This document shows, in pieces, positions 16,846-26,161 of a DNA stretch of 64,000 bases. The translations under genes were made by a program, and so were the position numbers. The DNA is taken from positions 12,394 through 76,393 of the forward strand of contig DASUCV010000015.1 of assembly GCA_036275915.1 (NCBI GenBank), read 5' to 3'. Source of the DNA: Candidatus Polarisedimenticolaceae bacterium (GTDB taxonomy: Bacteria; Acidobacteriota; Polarisedimenticolia; Polarisedimenticolales; DASRJG01). Each line of letters opens with the position of its first letter. Position 1 is the first letter of the stretch. A model generated the notes under the pieces. It had not been told where the DNA came from. It did not search any database and saw only the letters and a list, made by a program, of their open reading frames with translations.

Positions 16846-19146
16846 ATGAGCCGTCGAGGCCGCCTCGCGCTCGTCGTGGGACTCATCGCTCTGGCCTCGG
16901 CCCCTTGCGCGGCCCTCGACGTCAAGCCCGCGCCGGACACCTCTCTGGCCGCCGCGCTCGAGGAGACGGGCACGATGGCCCTCGCGTCGGACGGGGTGAC
17001 GATCAAGAACGAGCGCGTCGATTTCGGGCACATGGAGATCTCGTTCGCCGAAGGGACGCTCGTGCCGGTGCTCGGAAAGTCGGGCGCCACGCTCGGCGTG
17101 TACTTCGAGGGGCGGGGTGGTTACCTCTACACGACGACCGACGTCGCCGATCGCGCCGCCCTCTCGGTCAACGCCGCGCGGGTTGCGAAGTCGATCCGCA
17201 CGATGCAGGGACGCGTCACCGACGACTTCAAGTCGGCGCTCATCCTGTTCAGCGAGCCCCAATTCACCGATCTCTATGCCGACGCGTCGCTGCCCCACGC
17301 GAGCGCATCGGCGATGTCCGGGAGCTTCCAGACGATGCTCGCCGGCGCTCTGAGCACCTACGGAGACTTCGGTTTCTTCACCGCGACCGCACGCCTGAAC
17401 GGCCACGGGCGCTTCGTCTATGCCGAGCTTTCGGGCGGGCTCGAGCGCGTCGGATACGCCTTCGACGACGTCCACAACGGGCGAGAGCGCTTCTTCAACT
17501 TCAGGAAGCTCGCCGATTACAACGTGCGCTTCTCCGAGACGCTGAGCTACCAGTCGATTCCCGGATGGACGGCGGAGCGCCGCAAGACGATCGCGATGAC
17601 GCGGGCGGAGGTCGCCGTCGACACGCCGGACAACCGGTCGGGGACGATCGACAGCGATCTCACCTTCCACGTGCACGACGCCGGCACGCGCGTCCTGCCG
17701 CTCTTGCTCCTCAACAATCGCGACCCCGACTCAGCGGACTGGAGCTCCCCCAAGAACAAGCTGACCGTGAAGCGCGTCGTCGACGCGAACGGTCGCGAGC
17801 TGCCGTTCTCGCACCGGTACGGGATACTCCTCGTCGAGATCCCGCCGACCGCCGCCGCAGATGCCGACGTCAAGATCCGAGTCGAGACCTCGGGCGAGGT
17901 CTTCGTCGACATGAAGGGACATCACGGCGACAACTACTTCAGCCTGAACTATGAGGACTGGTACCCGAGGCCGGTGTCCTGGTCGGCGCGGAGCTTCACC
18001 TTCGCCGTGAAGGTGCGCTGCAAGAAGCCGTGGAGCCCCGTGACTTCGGGGAAGCAGACGTCGAGCCGCGAGGATGGAGATTTCGTCACGGCGGAGGCGC
18101 GCTCGGACGTCAGGGTCGATACGATCGCGGTCTTCGGCGGTAAGTACGTCACGCGCGGCGAAACGGTCGACGGCGTCCTGATCAACATCCACGCGTACGC
18201 CATGGCCCGCAAGAACGTCCTCGACAACATGCCGAAGCTGGCCGGGAGTATCGCGAAGTTCTACGCGTCGCTCCTGGGGCCGATGCCGGTCGACGAGCTC
18301 GACATCGTCGAGGTCCCGGAGTACGGATTCGGGATCTCTCCCCCGGGACTGATCCTGATGACGACCGAGGCGTACAAGCCCCACGAGGAAGAGGCCAACT
18401 ACTTCGTCGAGGGCGTCAACGCGCGCCTGGCGCACGAGATCGCGCACCAGTGGTTCGCGCACAAGGCCGCTCTCGCCGGCCCCGACGACAACTGGCTCTC
18501 CGAGTCGTTCGCCGAGTATTTCGCGGGCCTCGCGATGGGGGCCATGAACGGCGACGACAAGAACGTGTTCGGATTCAACAAGATGATCGCGAACTGGAAG
18601 GGCCAAGACAAGTACTGCACCGACGGCGCCCCGATCGCCGCGGCCGACTACCTGGGCGGAGAGGACGGTGACAAGGATCGCACCTGCCTCCTCTACGCGC
18701 GCGGGCCGCTCGTCCTCCACATGCTCCGGACGTCGATCGGCAACGACCGCTTCGCGGCGGCGGCGAAGAAGTACCTCGACACCGCGAACAACGGCCCCGC
18801 GACGACCGACGACTACGCGAAGGCGCTCTCCGACATCATGCAGATGGACATGCGCTGGTACGTCGACCAGTGGGTGCGCCGCAGCGGCAACGCGCAGGTC
18901 GGCATCGAGCAGCATCTCGATGCCGACGGGCCGGGAGGCTACAAGCTGTGGGGCGTGATCCGGCAGGCGCCGGGCGACGGCTTCAAGAAGCTGCTCGTCC
19001 CCTTCGTCTGGGACAACGGCGGCAAGACCGAAGCGCGCGTCGTGTTCGCGGACGAGCCGGAGAAGAAGTTCGAGTTCAAGCTGGCGTCGAAACCCGGGAC
19101 CGTGAAACCGGATCCTTATCAGAACAACCTGGCGGTGTACAAGTGA
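16846..19146 (+). CDS. M1-family zinc metallopeptidase (766 aa), secreted
   Basis: The HEIAHQWF-X18-E gluzincin motif is intact (HEIAH at 18433-18447; WLSESFAEY). Signal peptide MSRRGRLALVVGLIALASAPCAA. The alternative upstream start at 16810 is less likely. Confidence 0.88.
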   Translation: MSRRGRLALVVGLIALASAPCAALDVKPAPDTSLAAALEETGTMALASDGVTIKNERVDFGHMEISFAEGTLVPVLGKSGATLGVYFEGRGGYLYTTTDVADRAALSVNAARVAKSIRTMQGRVTDDFKSALILFSEPQFTDLYADASLPHASASAMSGSFQTMLAGALSTYGDFGFFTATARLNGHGRFVYAELSGGLERVGYAFDDVHNGRERFFNFRKLADYNVRFSETLSYQSIPGWTAERRKTIAMTRAEVAVDTPDNRSGTIDSDLTFHVHDAGTRVLPLLLLNNRDPDSADWSSPKNKLTVKRVVDANGRELPFSHRYGILLVEIPPTAAADADVKIRVETSGEVFVDMKGHHGDNYFSLNYEDWYPRPVSWSARSFTFAVKVRCKKPWSPVTSGKQTSSREDGDFVTAEARSDVRVDTIAVFGGKYVTRGETVDGVLINIHAYAMARKNVLDNMPKLAGSIAKFYASLLGPMPVDELDIVEVPEYGFGISPPGLILMTTEAYKPHEEEANYFVEGVNARLAHEIAHQWFAHKAALAGPDDNWLSESFAEYFAGLAMGAMNGDDKNVFGFNKMIANWKGQDKYCTDGAPIAAADYLGGEDGDKDRTCLLYARGPLVLHMLRTSIGNDRFAAAAKKYLDTANNGPATTDDYAKALSDIMQMDMRWYVDQWVRRSGNAQVGIEQHLDADGPGGYKLWGVIRQAPGDGFKKLLVPFVWDNGGKTEARVVFADEPEKKFEFKLASKPGTVKPDPYQNNLAVYK

Positions 19147-19185
19147 TGGCGTGACACAAATGCGGTACGCTCTTCGGCAAACCGC

Positions 19186-20421
19186 ATGAGTCACGACACC
19201 GCACCTCGACGCGTCTTCGTCTCCGGGATCGGCGCGATCACGCCCTACGGGCTGGGTGTCGACGCGCTGAAGGACGGCCTCTACGCGGGGCGTTCGGCGA
19301 TCGGCCCCATCACCGCCTTCGACGCGTCGCGCTTCCAGACGCGGTTCGGCGGCGAGCTGCCGGCGACGCCGCTCGCCGAGCACTTCGACGCGCGCGACCT
19401 GCCGTGGCTCTCGTCGCTTACGGCGCACGGGGTCATCGCGGCGCGTCTCGCGCTCGCGGACGCCGGCATCACGAACGGCGCGATGGGCGGCGCGGGGGTG
19501 ATCTTCGGCTCGGGCTTCGGCACGATCGCGGAGGCGGGCCCACATTTCCTGAAGTGGGCGGAGGTCGGCGACACGGCATCGCGGCCGACGACGATTCCCT
19601 CCCTCATGCTGAACGCCCCCGCGGCGCAGATCGCGATCTACCTGGGGCTCACGGGGCCCTCCCTCATGGTGTCGACCGCATGCAGCTCCGGCAGCCACGC
19701 GATCGGCCAGGCGTACCGCGAGATCCGCGAGGGACGGCGCGAAGCGATGGTCGCCGGGGGCGGCGAACACGCGCTCACCGAGCTCATGCTCCTCTCATGG
19801 TCACGCCTGCGCGTGCTCTCTCGGCGGAACGACGAGCCGGCACGCGCGTGCCGTCCGTTCGATACGGACCGCGACGGCCTCGTGCTCGCCGACGCGGTCG
19901 TCCTCCTCGTGCTGGAATCCGAGGCCTCGCTGGCCGCACGCGGCGGGCGCGCGCTCGCCGAGATCGCGGGGTACGCGAGCAACTGCGACGCGTCGCACCT
20001 CACCGCCCCGAACCAGGCGACCGAGGTGCTCGCGATCCGTGAGGCGCTCGTCGACGCCGGGTCCGAGCCGGGCGACGTCGATCTCGTCGTCGCGCACGGC
20101 ACCGCGACGCGCCTCAACGACCGCACGGAAGGCCACGCGCTCCGCGAGGTGTTCGGCGACAACGGCGCTTTCCCGGTCGTCACCGCGCCGAAATCGATGC
20201 TCGGCCACGCCATGGGCGCGTCGGGCGCGCTCGGCGTCGCCGCCGGGGTCTTCGCGCTGCAATCGGGGAAGGTCACCCCGACGACCAATCTCGACCACCT
20301 GGACCCCGACTGCGGCATCCCCATGCCACCGGCGACCGCGGAAGCGATCGACCCCGAGGTCGCCATCGTCGACGCCTTCGCCTTCGGCGGCCACAACGCC
20401 GTCGTCGTGCTGAAGAAATAA
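19186..20421 (+). CDS. fabF: Beta-ketoacyl-ACP synthase II family enzyme
   Basis: Cys-His-His catalytic triad contexts are present: STACSSGSHAIG, VAHGTATRLND and KSMLGHAMGASG. 411 aa. No other fab genes are adjacent. Confidence 0.9.
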   Translation: MSHDTAPRRVFVSGIGAITPYGLGVDALKDGLYAGRSAIGPITAFDASRFQTRFGGELPATPLAEHFDARDLPWLSSLTAHGVIAARLALADAGITNGAMGGAGVIFGSGFGTIAEAGPHFLKWAEVGDTASRPTTIPSLMLNAPAAQIAIYLGLTGPSLMVSTACSSGSHAIGQAYREIREGRREAMVAGGGEHALTELMLLSWSRLRVLSRRNDEPARACRPFDTDRDGLVLADAVVLLVLESEASLAARGGRALAEIAGYASNCDASHLTAPNQATEVLAIREALVDAGSEPGDVDLVVAHGTATRLNDRTEGHALREVFGDNGAFPVVTAPKSMLGHAMGASGALGVAAGVFALQSGKVTPTTNLDHLDPDCGIPMPPATAEAIDPEVAIVDAFAFGGHNAVVVLKK

Positions 20422-20473
20422 GAGGGGACAGCTTCCGAAACTCGAACTGCAGAGTTTCGGAAGCTGTCCCCTC
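20422..20473. repeat. Perfect 22-bp-stem hairpin (GGGGACA-family palindromic element), probable bidirectional terminator
   Basis: GAGGGGACAGCTTCCGAAACTC (20422-20443), an 8-nt loop, then the exact reverse complement (20452-20473). It lies between convergent genes. Confidence 0.8.
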
Positions 20474-20483
20474 TGGTCTCTCC

Positions 20484-21713
20484 TCAGTAGTCGAGCTTGA
20501 GGAAGACGCGGAGGCGATCGTTCGAGCGCCAGACTCCCCAGAACGACGTCGGGCTGCCGCCGATGAGATCGATCTCGGCGCCGGCACGCGCGTGGCCGGC
20601 GAACGGGTACGAGCCGTCGATGCGGACGAACGAGTCCCAGTCGCGCGTCCCGACCGTGGCCGTCACGTCGACGCGCCATTCGGTCGCCTCGCCGTACGTT
20701 CCGCTGAGGAAGATCGCCGGCAGGTAGGCCGCGTCGAGAGAGGTCGCCGCGACCGCGAGGCTGCCGCCGCCCACGGTGTCGCCCCATCCGGCAATTGCGC
20801 GCCACGGACCCTGCGACCACTCCGCTTCGACTTGATAGAGCGCGTAGCCTTCCTGACCTCCCGGGTAGTGGAAGTAGCCCCCCTCGCCGCGCACGATCCA
20901 CGCGCCGAGCAGGACTTCGCCGTCGACGCCGGCGACGTCGAGGCGCGGAAACGTACGGTCGAGCGTCACCGGCACGAGGCCGGTCACGGGATCGGGAAGA
21001 CCGGGAATTGCGGTGATGCGCGGCGCGTCGTCGTACCCGCGGAAGTACGACACGGTGACCTCGCCCCGTGATCCGCGGTAGCCGCCACGCACCGCTCCTT
21101 GAAGCGTGTCCCACGTCACCGGCGGGAACGAGGCGCTGCCCCACTGAAGCTCCGTCCCCGGCGGTGCCGCGAACCATCGCTCGCCGATCTGCGGCAGGCG
21201 CGACGGCGCGTACTGCGGGACGAGCGCGCCCTCGACGTGCCAGCGCTCGTGCTCCCATACCGCGTCCGCCGACCACGGCGAGAGACGCACCTCCGCGAGC
21301 GGATCGGTCCAGTCGCGCGGCGTCAGATTGTCGGTCGCGTTGACGAACGTCGTGCGCCCCCACGTCAGCCGCTGCTTGCCGAGCACCACGGTGACCTCGC
21401 CGGCGCGGAACCCGACGGCGAGGTCGCGGAAACGCAGCGCCGCGCGGGTCAGATCGCGATCGTCGGCGTCGTAGAGGACGTCGCGCGACACGTCGCCGTG
21501 CGACTCGTGCTCGAGGATCGCCGCGACCTTGACAAACACGCTGCGGTTCAGGCGTGCGTCGAGCGCGTAGGTGAGCCGGAACCAACCTTGGACCGACGGC
21601 TCCCCGTCCCGGTACGCGTCGCCCCACGTCTCGACGGTCACGCCCTGATCGACCGCGTGCGCGGGGAGCACCGCCGCGAGCGAAAGCAAGGCGACGGCGA
21701 GACGGCGGCGCAT
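20484..21713 (-). CDS. Putative outer-membrane beta-barrel protein (409 aa)
   Basis: Start at ATG 21713 (MRRRLAVALLSLAAVLPAHA signal peptide). The sequence shows alternating amphipathic beta-strand character and a C-terminal LKLDY aromatic end typical of OMPs. Confidence 0.7.
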   Translation of the reverse strand: MRRRLAVALLSLAAVLPAHAVDQGVTVETWGDAYRDGEPSVQGWFRLTYALDARLNRSVFVKVAAILEHESHGDVSRDVLYDADDRDLTRAALRFRDLAVGFRAGEVTVVLGKQRLTWGRTTFVNATDNLTPRDWTDPLAEVRLSPWSADAVWEHERWHVEGALVPQYAPSRLPQIGERWFAAPPGTELQWGSASFPPVTWDTLQGAVRGGYRGSRGEVTVSYFRGYDDAPRITAIPGLPDPVTGLVPVTLDRTFPRLDVAGVDGEVLLGAWIVRGEGGYFHYPGGQEGYALYQVEAEWSQGPWRAIAGWGDTVGGGSLAVAATSLDAAYLPAIFLSGTYGEATEWRVDVTATVGTRDWDSFVRIDGSYPFAGHARAGAEIDLIGGSPTSFWGVWRSNDRLRVFLKLDY

Positions 21714-21759
21714 CGCGCGTGATAATCTCACAGCGATTCGTGAGGGAAGAGGGCCCACC

Positions 21760-22089
21760 ATGAAGCGATTGCTCACAGTCTCGCTCGTCTTGGCTGCCGT
21801 CCCGACGCTCGCCGCCGCCGGCGAGGTGTTCGGCAAGATCACACTTAACGGCGCCGCCGCCGAGGGCACGACCGTCGCGGCGAAGTGCGGCGACAAGAGC
21901 TACCCCGCCGTCACCGCCGACAAGACCGGGACGTACCACATCGTCATCGCCGGCGCCGGCAAGTGCACCTTCACCGTGACGAGCAAGGGACAGTCGGCCG
22001 ACGTCGCCATCGTCTCCTTCGACGACGCCGCACAGGCCGATCTCGTTCTCGAATCGAAGGACGGCAAGCTCACCGCCCGCCGCAAGTAG
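21760..22089 (+). CDS. Small secreted CarboxypepD_reg-like (transthyretin-like fold) protein
   Basis: Signal peptide followed by GEVFGKITLNG...GTYHIVIAGAGKCTFTV, a pattern typical of carboxypeptidase-regulatory-like domains. Confidence 0.7.
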   Translation: MKRLLTVSLVLAAVPTLAAAGEVFGKITLNGAAAEGTTVAAKCGDKSYPAVTADKTGTYHIVIAGAGKCTFTVTSKGQSADVAIVSFDDAAQADLVLESKDGKLTARRK

Positions 22090-22103
22090 GCCAACCGGTA
22101 CCG

Positions 22104-23036
22104 ATGGCCGACGGAGGGAAAGACCGCTGGGACAAGCTGGGGGTCTTCCTCCATCCGATGGGCGGACTCCTCACGGCGCTGGCCGTGGCCGTCGTCGGGA
22201 TGCGCGGCTCCCAGGTGCTCGACCGGCGGCAGTCGGTCGACACCAACGCGCGCCTCTACTCGGAGCTGATGAGCCGCCGCGAGGAAGCCGACTCGGGCCT
22301 CCGGAAGGACATGTTCGTCTCGATCATCTCGCAGTACCTGCGCCCCTCCGATAACGATCTCGACGCGAAGGTCCTGAACCTCGAGCTGCTCGCCTGCAAC
22401 TTCAACGACGCGCTCGACCTGCGGCCTCTCTTCTTCGACCTCCAGCGCCGCATCAACAAGATGAAGGACTGGAACGAGCGAAGGCAGCTGCTCAACCGCA
22501 TCGAGACCGTCGCCAAGGAGACCACCGCGAAGCAGCTCTTCTCGCTCGAAGGTCACGGCAGGAGCTTCCGCCGCACCGTCGACTTCGAAGAGCTCGCGAA
22601 AGCCGACGGCGGAATGCCGCTCGACGGCGAGGCGATCACCGTGGGCGGCGTGAAGTGCCAGGTCAACCTCCGCGCCCTGAGCATCGATAAGGATCAGGAG
22701 ACGGTCACGCTTCGCCTCGTGGTCAAAGCGCCGCCGGATCGCCCCGATCTCACCGACACGAACGCCAAGTTCGAAGCGAGCTACTTCGACTTCCCCATGA
22801 TCGACAACACGCGCCTCTCGAACGGCCTCCGCTGCGCCGTCACCCTCGCCAACTTCAACGACTTCGCCGCCGAGCTCGTCACCGTCTGCTTCCCCGGCGA
22901 GTACGGCAGCATGAAGGACCGCCCGTACTACGACGAGGTGATCCTGAAGCTGCACGAGACGACGGACAACGACGGCAGCGGCAGCGGGTCCACGGCTGCG
23001 CCTCCGCCGGATAACGCCCAGGGGAATCCCAAGTAG
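22104..23036 (+). CDS. Membrane-anchored protein of unknown function (310 aa)
   Basis: The ATG at 22104 is 14 nt after the previous stop. There is one N-terminal TM helix (GGLLTALAVAVVGM). I recognise no family for the remainder. Confidence 0.65.
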   Translation: MADGGKDRWDKLGVFLHPMGGLLTALAVAVVGMRGSQVLDRRQSVDTNARLYSELMSRREEADSGLRKDMFVSIISQYLRPSDNDLDAKVLNLELLACNFNDALDLRPLFFDLQRRINKMKDWNERRQLLNRIETVAKETTAKQLFSLEGHGRSFRRTVDFEELAKADGGMPLDGEAITVGGVKCQVNLRALSIDKDQETVTLRLVVKAPPDRPDLTDTNAKFEASYFDFPMIDNTRLSNGLRCAVTLANFNDFAAELVTVCFPGEYGSMKDRPYYDEVILKLHETTDNDGSGSGSTAAPPPDNAQGNPK

Positions 23037-23050
23037 GCGTCGAGTATTCC

Positions 23051-23515
23051 GTGGCCTCTCTCATTCAAGCCTCCACTCCGGAACACTGGAGCTCGGCCCG
23101 CCGCCTCATCGAGGCGTACGCCGCGTCGCTCGACGTCGATCTCTGCTTCCAGGGTTTCGACGAGGAGCTGCGTGAGCTGTCGACGCGATACGGCCCTCCG
23201 GAGGGCGCACTGCTCTTGGCACCCGGCGAATCCGCCTACGTCGGTTGCGTCGCCCTCCATCGCTGGTCGGCTGACTCCTGCGAGATGAAGCGCCTCTACG
23301 TCGCACCGGAGGGTCGCGGCCATGGCCTTGGCCGCACCCTCACGGAAGCGGTCATCGCGGAGGCACGGCGGATCGGGTACGCGCGTATGCTGCTCGACAC
23401 GCTGCCGTCGATGAGGGAGGCGCAGGGGTTGTATCGCTCGCTGGGATTCGTTCCCGTGACCGCCTACCGGCCCAATCCGGTGCCCGGGAGTCTCTTCCTG
23501 GAGCTGGCGCTGTGA
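23051..23515 (+). CDS. GNAT family N-acetyltransferase
   Basis: Acetyl-CoA-binding motif RLYVAPEGRGHGLGRTL. 154 aa. Confidence 0.85.
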   Translation: MASLIQASTPEHWSSARRLIEAYAASLDVDLCFQGFDEELRELSTRYGPPEGALLLAPGESAYVGCVALHRWSADSCEMKRLYVAPEGRGHGLGRTLTEAVIAEARRIGYARMLLDTLPSMREAQGLYRSLGFVPVTAYRPNPVPGSLFLELAL

Positions 23516-24156
23516 CCACCGCCCACTGCTGCGCCGCCGATCGCGAGTTCGATCCGAAGATCGCGCGGCGCGAGCTGAAGCGCTACCGGAAGCGCGGACC
23601 GGTCTCCCCGACGAAGGAGATGCTGGAGCTCGTCACGCCGCGCCTGCCGGCGGAGGCGACGCTCCTCGACATCGGCGGCGGCGTCGGGATGATCCATCAC
23701 GAGCTGCTCGACCGTGGAGCGCGATCGGCGGTCCAGGTCGATGCGTCGTCGGCGTATCTTGCGATGTCGGAGGAGGAGTCGAAACGCCGAGGCCACGAGG
23801 GGCGCGTCACGTTTCGCCATGCCGATTTCCGGTCGGTCGCTTCCGAGATCGCGCCCGCCGACGTCGTCACGCTCGATCGCGTCGTCTGCTGCGACCCGGA
23901 CTACGAGAGCCTGCTCGGCCTTGCCGCCGCGCATGCGAAGACGGCGCTGGCGTTCAGCTATCCGCGGGCGCGTTGGGCGGCGCGCATGTTCATCGGCGGG
24001 TTCAACGCGTGGCGCCGGCTCACCGGGCTCCCGTTTCGCGCGCATGTGCATCCGCCGGCAGCGATGGCGGCGGTCGTCGAGCGTGCGGGATTGAAGCGGC
24101 AAGGCTCGGCACAGGGATTCATCTGGGCGGTCGAGGTTTTCGTTCGGGCAAGCTGA
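23512..24156 (+). CDS. Class I SAM-dependent methyltransferase
   Basis: Motif I LLDIGGGVGM. The start overlaps the GNAT stop (GTGA). Confidence 0.8.
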   Translation: MTTAHCCAADREFDPKIARRELKRYRKRGPVSPTKEMLELVTPRLPAEATLLDIGGGVGMIHHELLDRGARSAVQVDASSAYLAMSEEESKRRGHEGRVTFRHADFRSVASEIAPADVVTLDRVVCCDPDYESLLGLAAAHAKTALAFSYPRARWAARMFIGGFNAWRRLTGLPFRAHVHPPAAMAAVVERAGLKRQGSAQGFIWAVEVFVRAS

Positions 24157-24159
24157 CGC

Positions 24160-24666
24160 ATGTTCCGACTCCGATTCGCTCCGTCCCAGTTGAAGGCGCT
24201 CGCCGCGCGATTTCCGGCGCTCGCGGACGATCCGGTGCTGGCAATTGCCGGCCGCGCGCGAGCGCGTGGCTATCTCACGAAGCGCGAGTTCATGGCGCTC
24301 GGCGACTGGAAGACGCCGCGGAGCCGCCCGCGCCGGGCGGGGAACACCGCGGCGGTCGTGCACGAGGCGACACGGCTGGCCCTCGGGGCGACGAGCGTCG
24401 AGCTGAAGATCGGCATCCTGCGGACGCTCGAGGGCGTCGAGTGGCCGACGGCTTCGGTCATCCTGCATCTCTGCGATCGAGCGCCGTTTCCGATCCTCGA
24501 CGTGCGCGCGCTCTGGTCCGCGGGACTACACGGCACGCCGCGGTATACGACGGCGCTGTGGGTCGAGTACGTCACGTTCACGCGCGGGTTGGCGCGCCGC
24601 GCCCGCGTGTCGATGCGCGATGTCGATCGCGCGCTCTGGCAATACTCCAAGGAGAATCAGCGTTGA
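24160..24666 (+). CDS. Hypothetical protein (168 aa)
   Basis: Coding-like codon usage, tightly packed within the operon. L.GVEWPTASVILHL...PILD is reminiscent of helix-hairpin-helix proteins, but I recognise no family with confidence. Confidence 0.65.
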   Translation: MFRLRFAPSQLKALAARFPALADDPVLAIAGRARARGYLTKREFMALGDWKTPRSRPRRAGNTAAVVHEATRLALGATSVELKIGILRTLEGVEWPTASVILHLCDRAPFPILDVRALWSAGLHGTPRYTTALWVEYVTFTRGLARRARVSMRDVDRALWQYSKENQR

Positions 24667-25133
24667 CGGACCTGCGCCCGGCACGACGCGACGACCTCGA
24701 GGCGATGATCGAGACCGCTCGAAGGTCGTGGCTGAGCGCGTTCGCGCAGACGGCGCCCTTCGAATTGATCGCATGGTGGACGGCGACCGATCGCGCGCGC
24801 GCGCTCTACGAGGCGAGCTGGAACGAGATGCACGTCCTCCGCGACGGTGGTCTCGTCGCCGGCATCCTTCACGTCAAGGACGCCGAGATCAACGGGCTGT
24901 GGGTGCATCCCCTACTGCAGGGGCGCGGCATCGGCGCGGCGCTCCTTTGCTCCGGCGAGGGGATGATCCGCGCGGCCGGTCACGATCGCGCGTGGCTCAC
25001 CTGCTCCGGCTTCAACGAGCGCGCGCTCGCTTTCTATCGCCGCCACGGCTACGGCGAGAAGCAACGCGAGCGCACCGTCCATGCGTCGGGCGTGTCGCTC
25101 GAGGACATTCGCATGGAACGCACGCTCGACTAG
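24663..25133 (+). CDS. GNAT family N-acetyltransferase
   Basis: TTG start overlaps the previous stop (TTGA). Motif LWVHPLLQGRGIGAALL. Confidence 0.78.
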   Translation: MTDLRPARRDDLEAMIETARRSWLSAFAQTAPFELIAWWTATDRARALYEASWNEMHVLRDGGLVAGILHVKDAEINGLWVHPLLQGRGIGAALLCSGEGMIRAAGHDRAWLTCSGFNERALAFYRRHGYGEKQRERTVHASGVSLEDIRMERTLD

Positions 25134-25157
25134 GATGATGCCCCGGAAGGAGCCTCC

Positions 25158-25520
25158 ATGAAGATGACGATCGCCGCTCTCTCGCTCGTGACGGCCTTCT
25201 CCGTGCTCGCCGCGACACCGGCCTCGGCGCCGGATCCCGTCCAGGTCAACGCGAAGTACATCCAGGTCAAGCTGGACAACCCGAAGGTGCGGGTCTTCGA
25301 GTCGGTTCTCAAACCCGGCGAGAAGGAGCAGCGCCACGGGCATCCGGCGACGGTCGTTTACGTCGTGTCGGGCGGCAAGGTAAGGAACCACATGGACGAC
25401 GGCACCGTGAAGGAGATCGAGTGGAAGACCGGCGACACGGTCTACCGTGAGCCGCTCGTCCACTGGGCCGAGAACATCGGCGACACGACGCTTCGCGTCC
25501 TCGTCGTGGAGCTGAAATGA
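25158..25520 (+). CDS. Secreted cupin-domain protein
   Basis: Signal peptide followed by a cupin beta-barrel pattern (GEKEQRHGHPATVVYVVSG ... W.ENIG). Confidence 0.8.
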   Translation: MKMTIAALSLVTAFSVLAATPASAPDPVQVNAKYIQVKLDNPKVRVFESVLKPGEKEQRHGHPATVVYVVSGGKVRNHMDDGTVKEIEWKTGDTVYREPLVHWAENIGDTTLRVLVVELK

Positions 25521-26161
25521 GCCGCGTCCGCGTCGCGGCCTTCGGCGTCTCGATCGACGGGTTCGGCGCCGGGCTGAGCCAGAGCCTCGAGAATCCGATG
25601 GGAGTTCACGGCCTCGAGATGTTCGAGTCGTTCTTCGCCACGCGCACGTGGCAGCGCATGCACGGCGGCGAAGGCGGCGAGGCCGGGATCGACGATGCCA
25701 TGGCCGCGAAGAGCTTCGAGGGGATCGGCGCGTGGATCCTCGGGCGGAACATGTTCGGCCCCGTGCGCGGCCCCTGGCTCGACGAGAGCTGGAAGGGCTG
25801 GTGGGGGGACGAGCCGCCCTATCACACGCCGGTCTTCGTGCTCACGCACCACGCGCGCGCGCCGCTGGCCATGCGGGGCGGGACGGAGTTTCGGTTCGTC
25901 ACCGACGGGATCGAGTCGGCGCTGACGCAGGCGAGAGCGGCGGCGAGGGCCCTGGACGTCCGCATCGGCGGGGGCGTCTCCACCGTGCGCCAGTACTTGC
26001 AGGCGCGGCTCATCGACGAGCTGCACCTCGTCCAGGCGCCGGTCGTCCTCGGCGGCGGCGAGCCGCTCTTCGCCGGGCTCGATCTGCGCGCGCTCGGCTA
26101 TCGCTGCACGGATCGCGCGACCGGAGAGCGAGCGACTCATTTCACGCTGACCCGATCATGA
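25517..26161 (+). CDS. Dihydrofolate-reductase-like (RibD C-terminal domain) family protein
   Basis: RibD_C pattern (VSIDGF...; GRNMF; IGGG ... LIDELHLV..PVVLG.GEPLF). ATGA overlap with the cupin gene. Confidence 0.85.
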   Translation: MSRVRVAAFGVSIDGFGAGLSQSLENPMGVHGLEMFESFFATRTWQRMHGGEGGEAGIDDAMAAKSFEGIGAWILGRNMFGPVRGPWLDESWKGWWGDEPPYHTPVFVLTHHARAPLAMRGGTEFRFVTDGIESALTQARAAARALDVRIGGGVSTVRQYLQARLIDELHLVQAPVVLGGGEPLFAGLDLRALGYRCTDRATGERATHFTLTRS

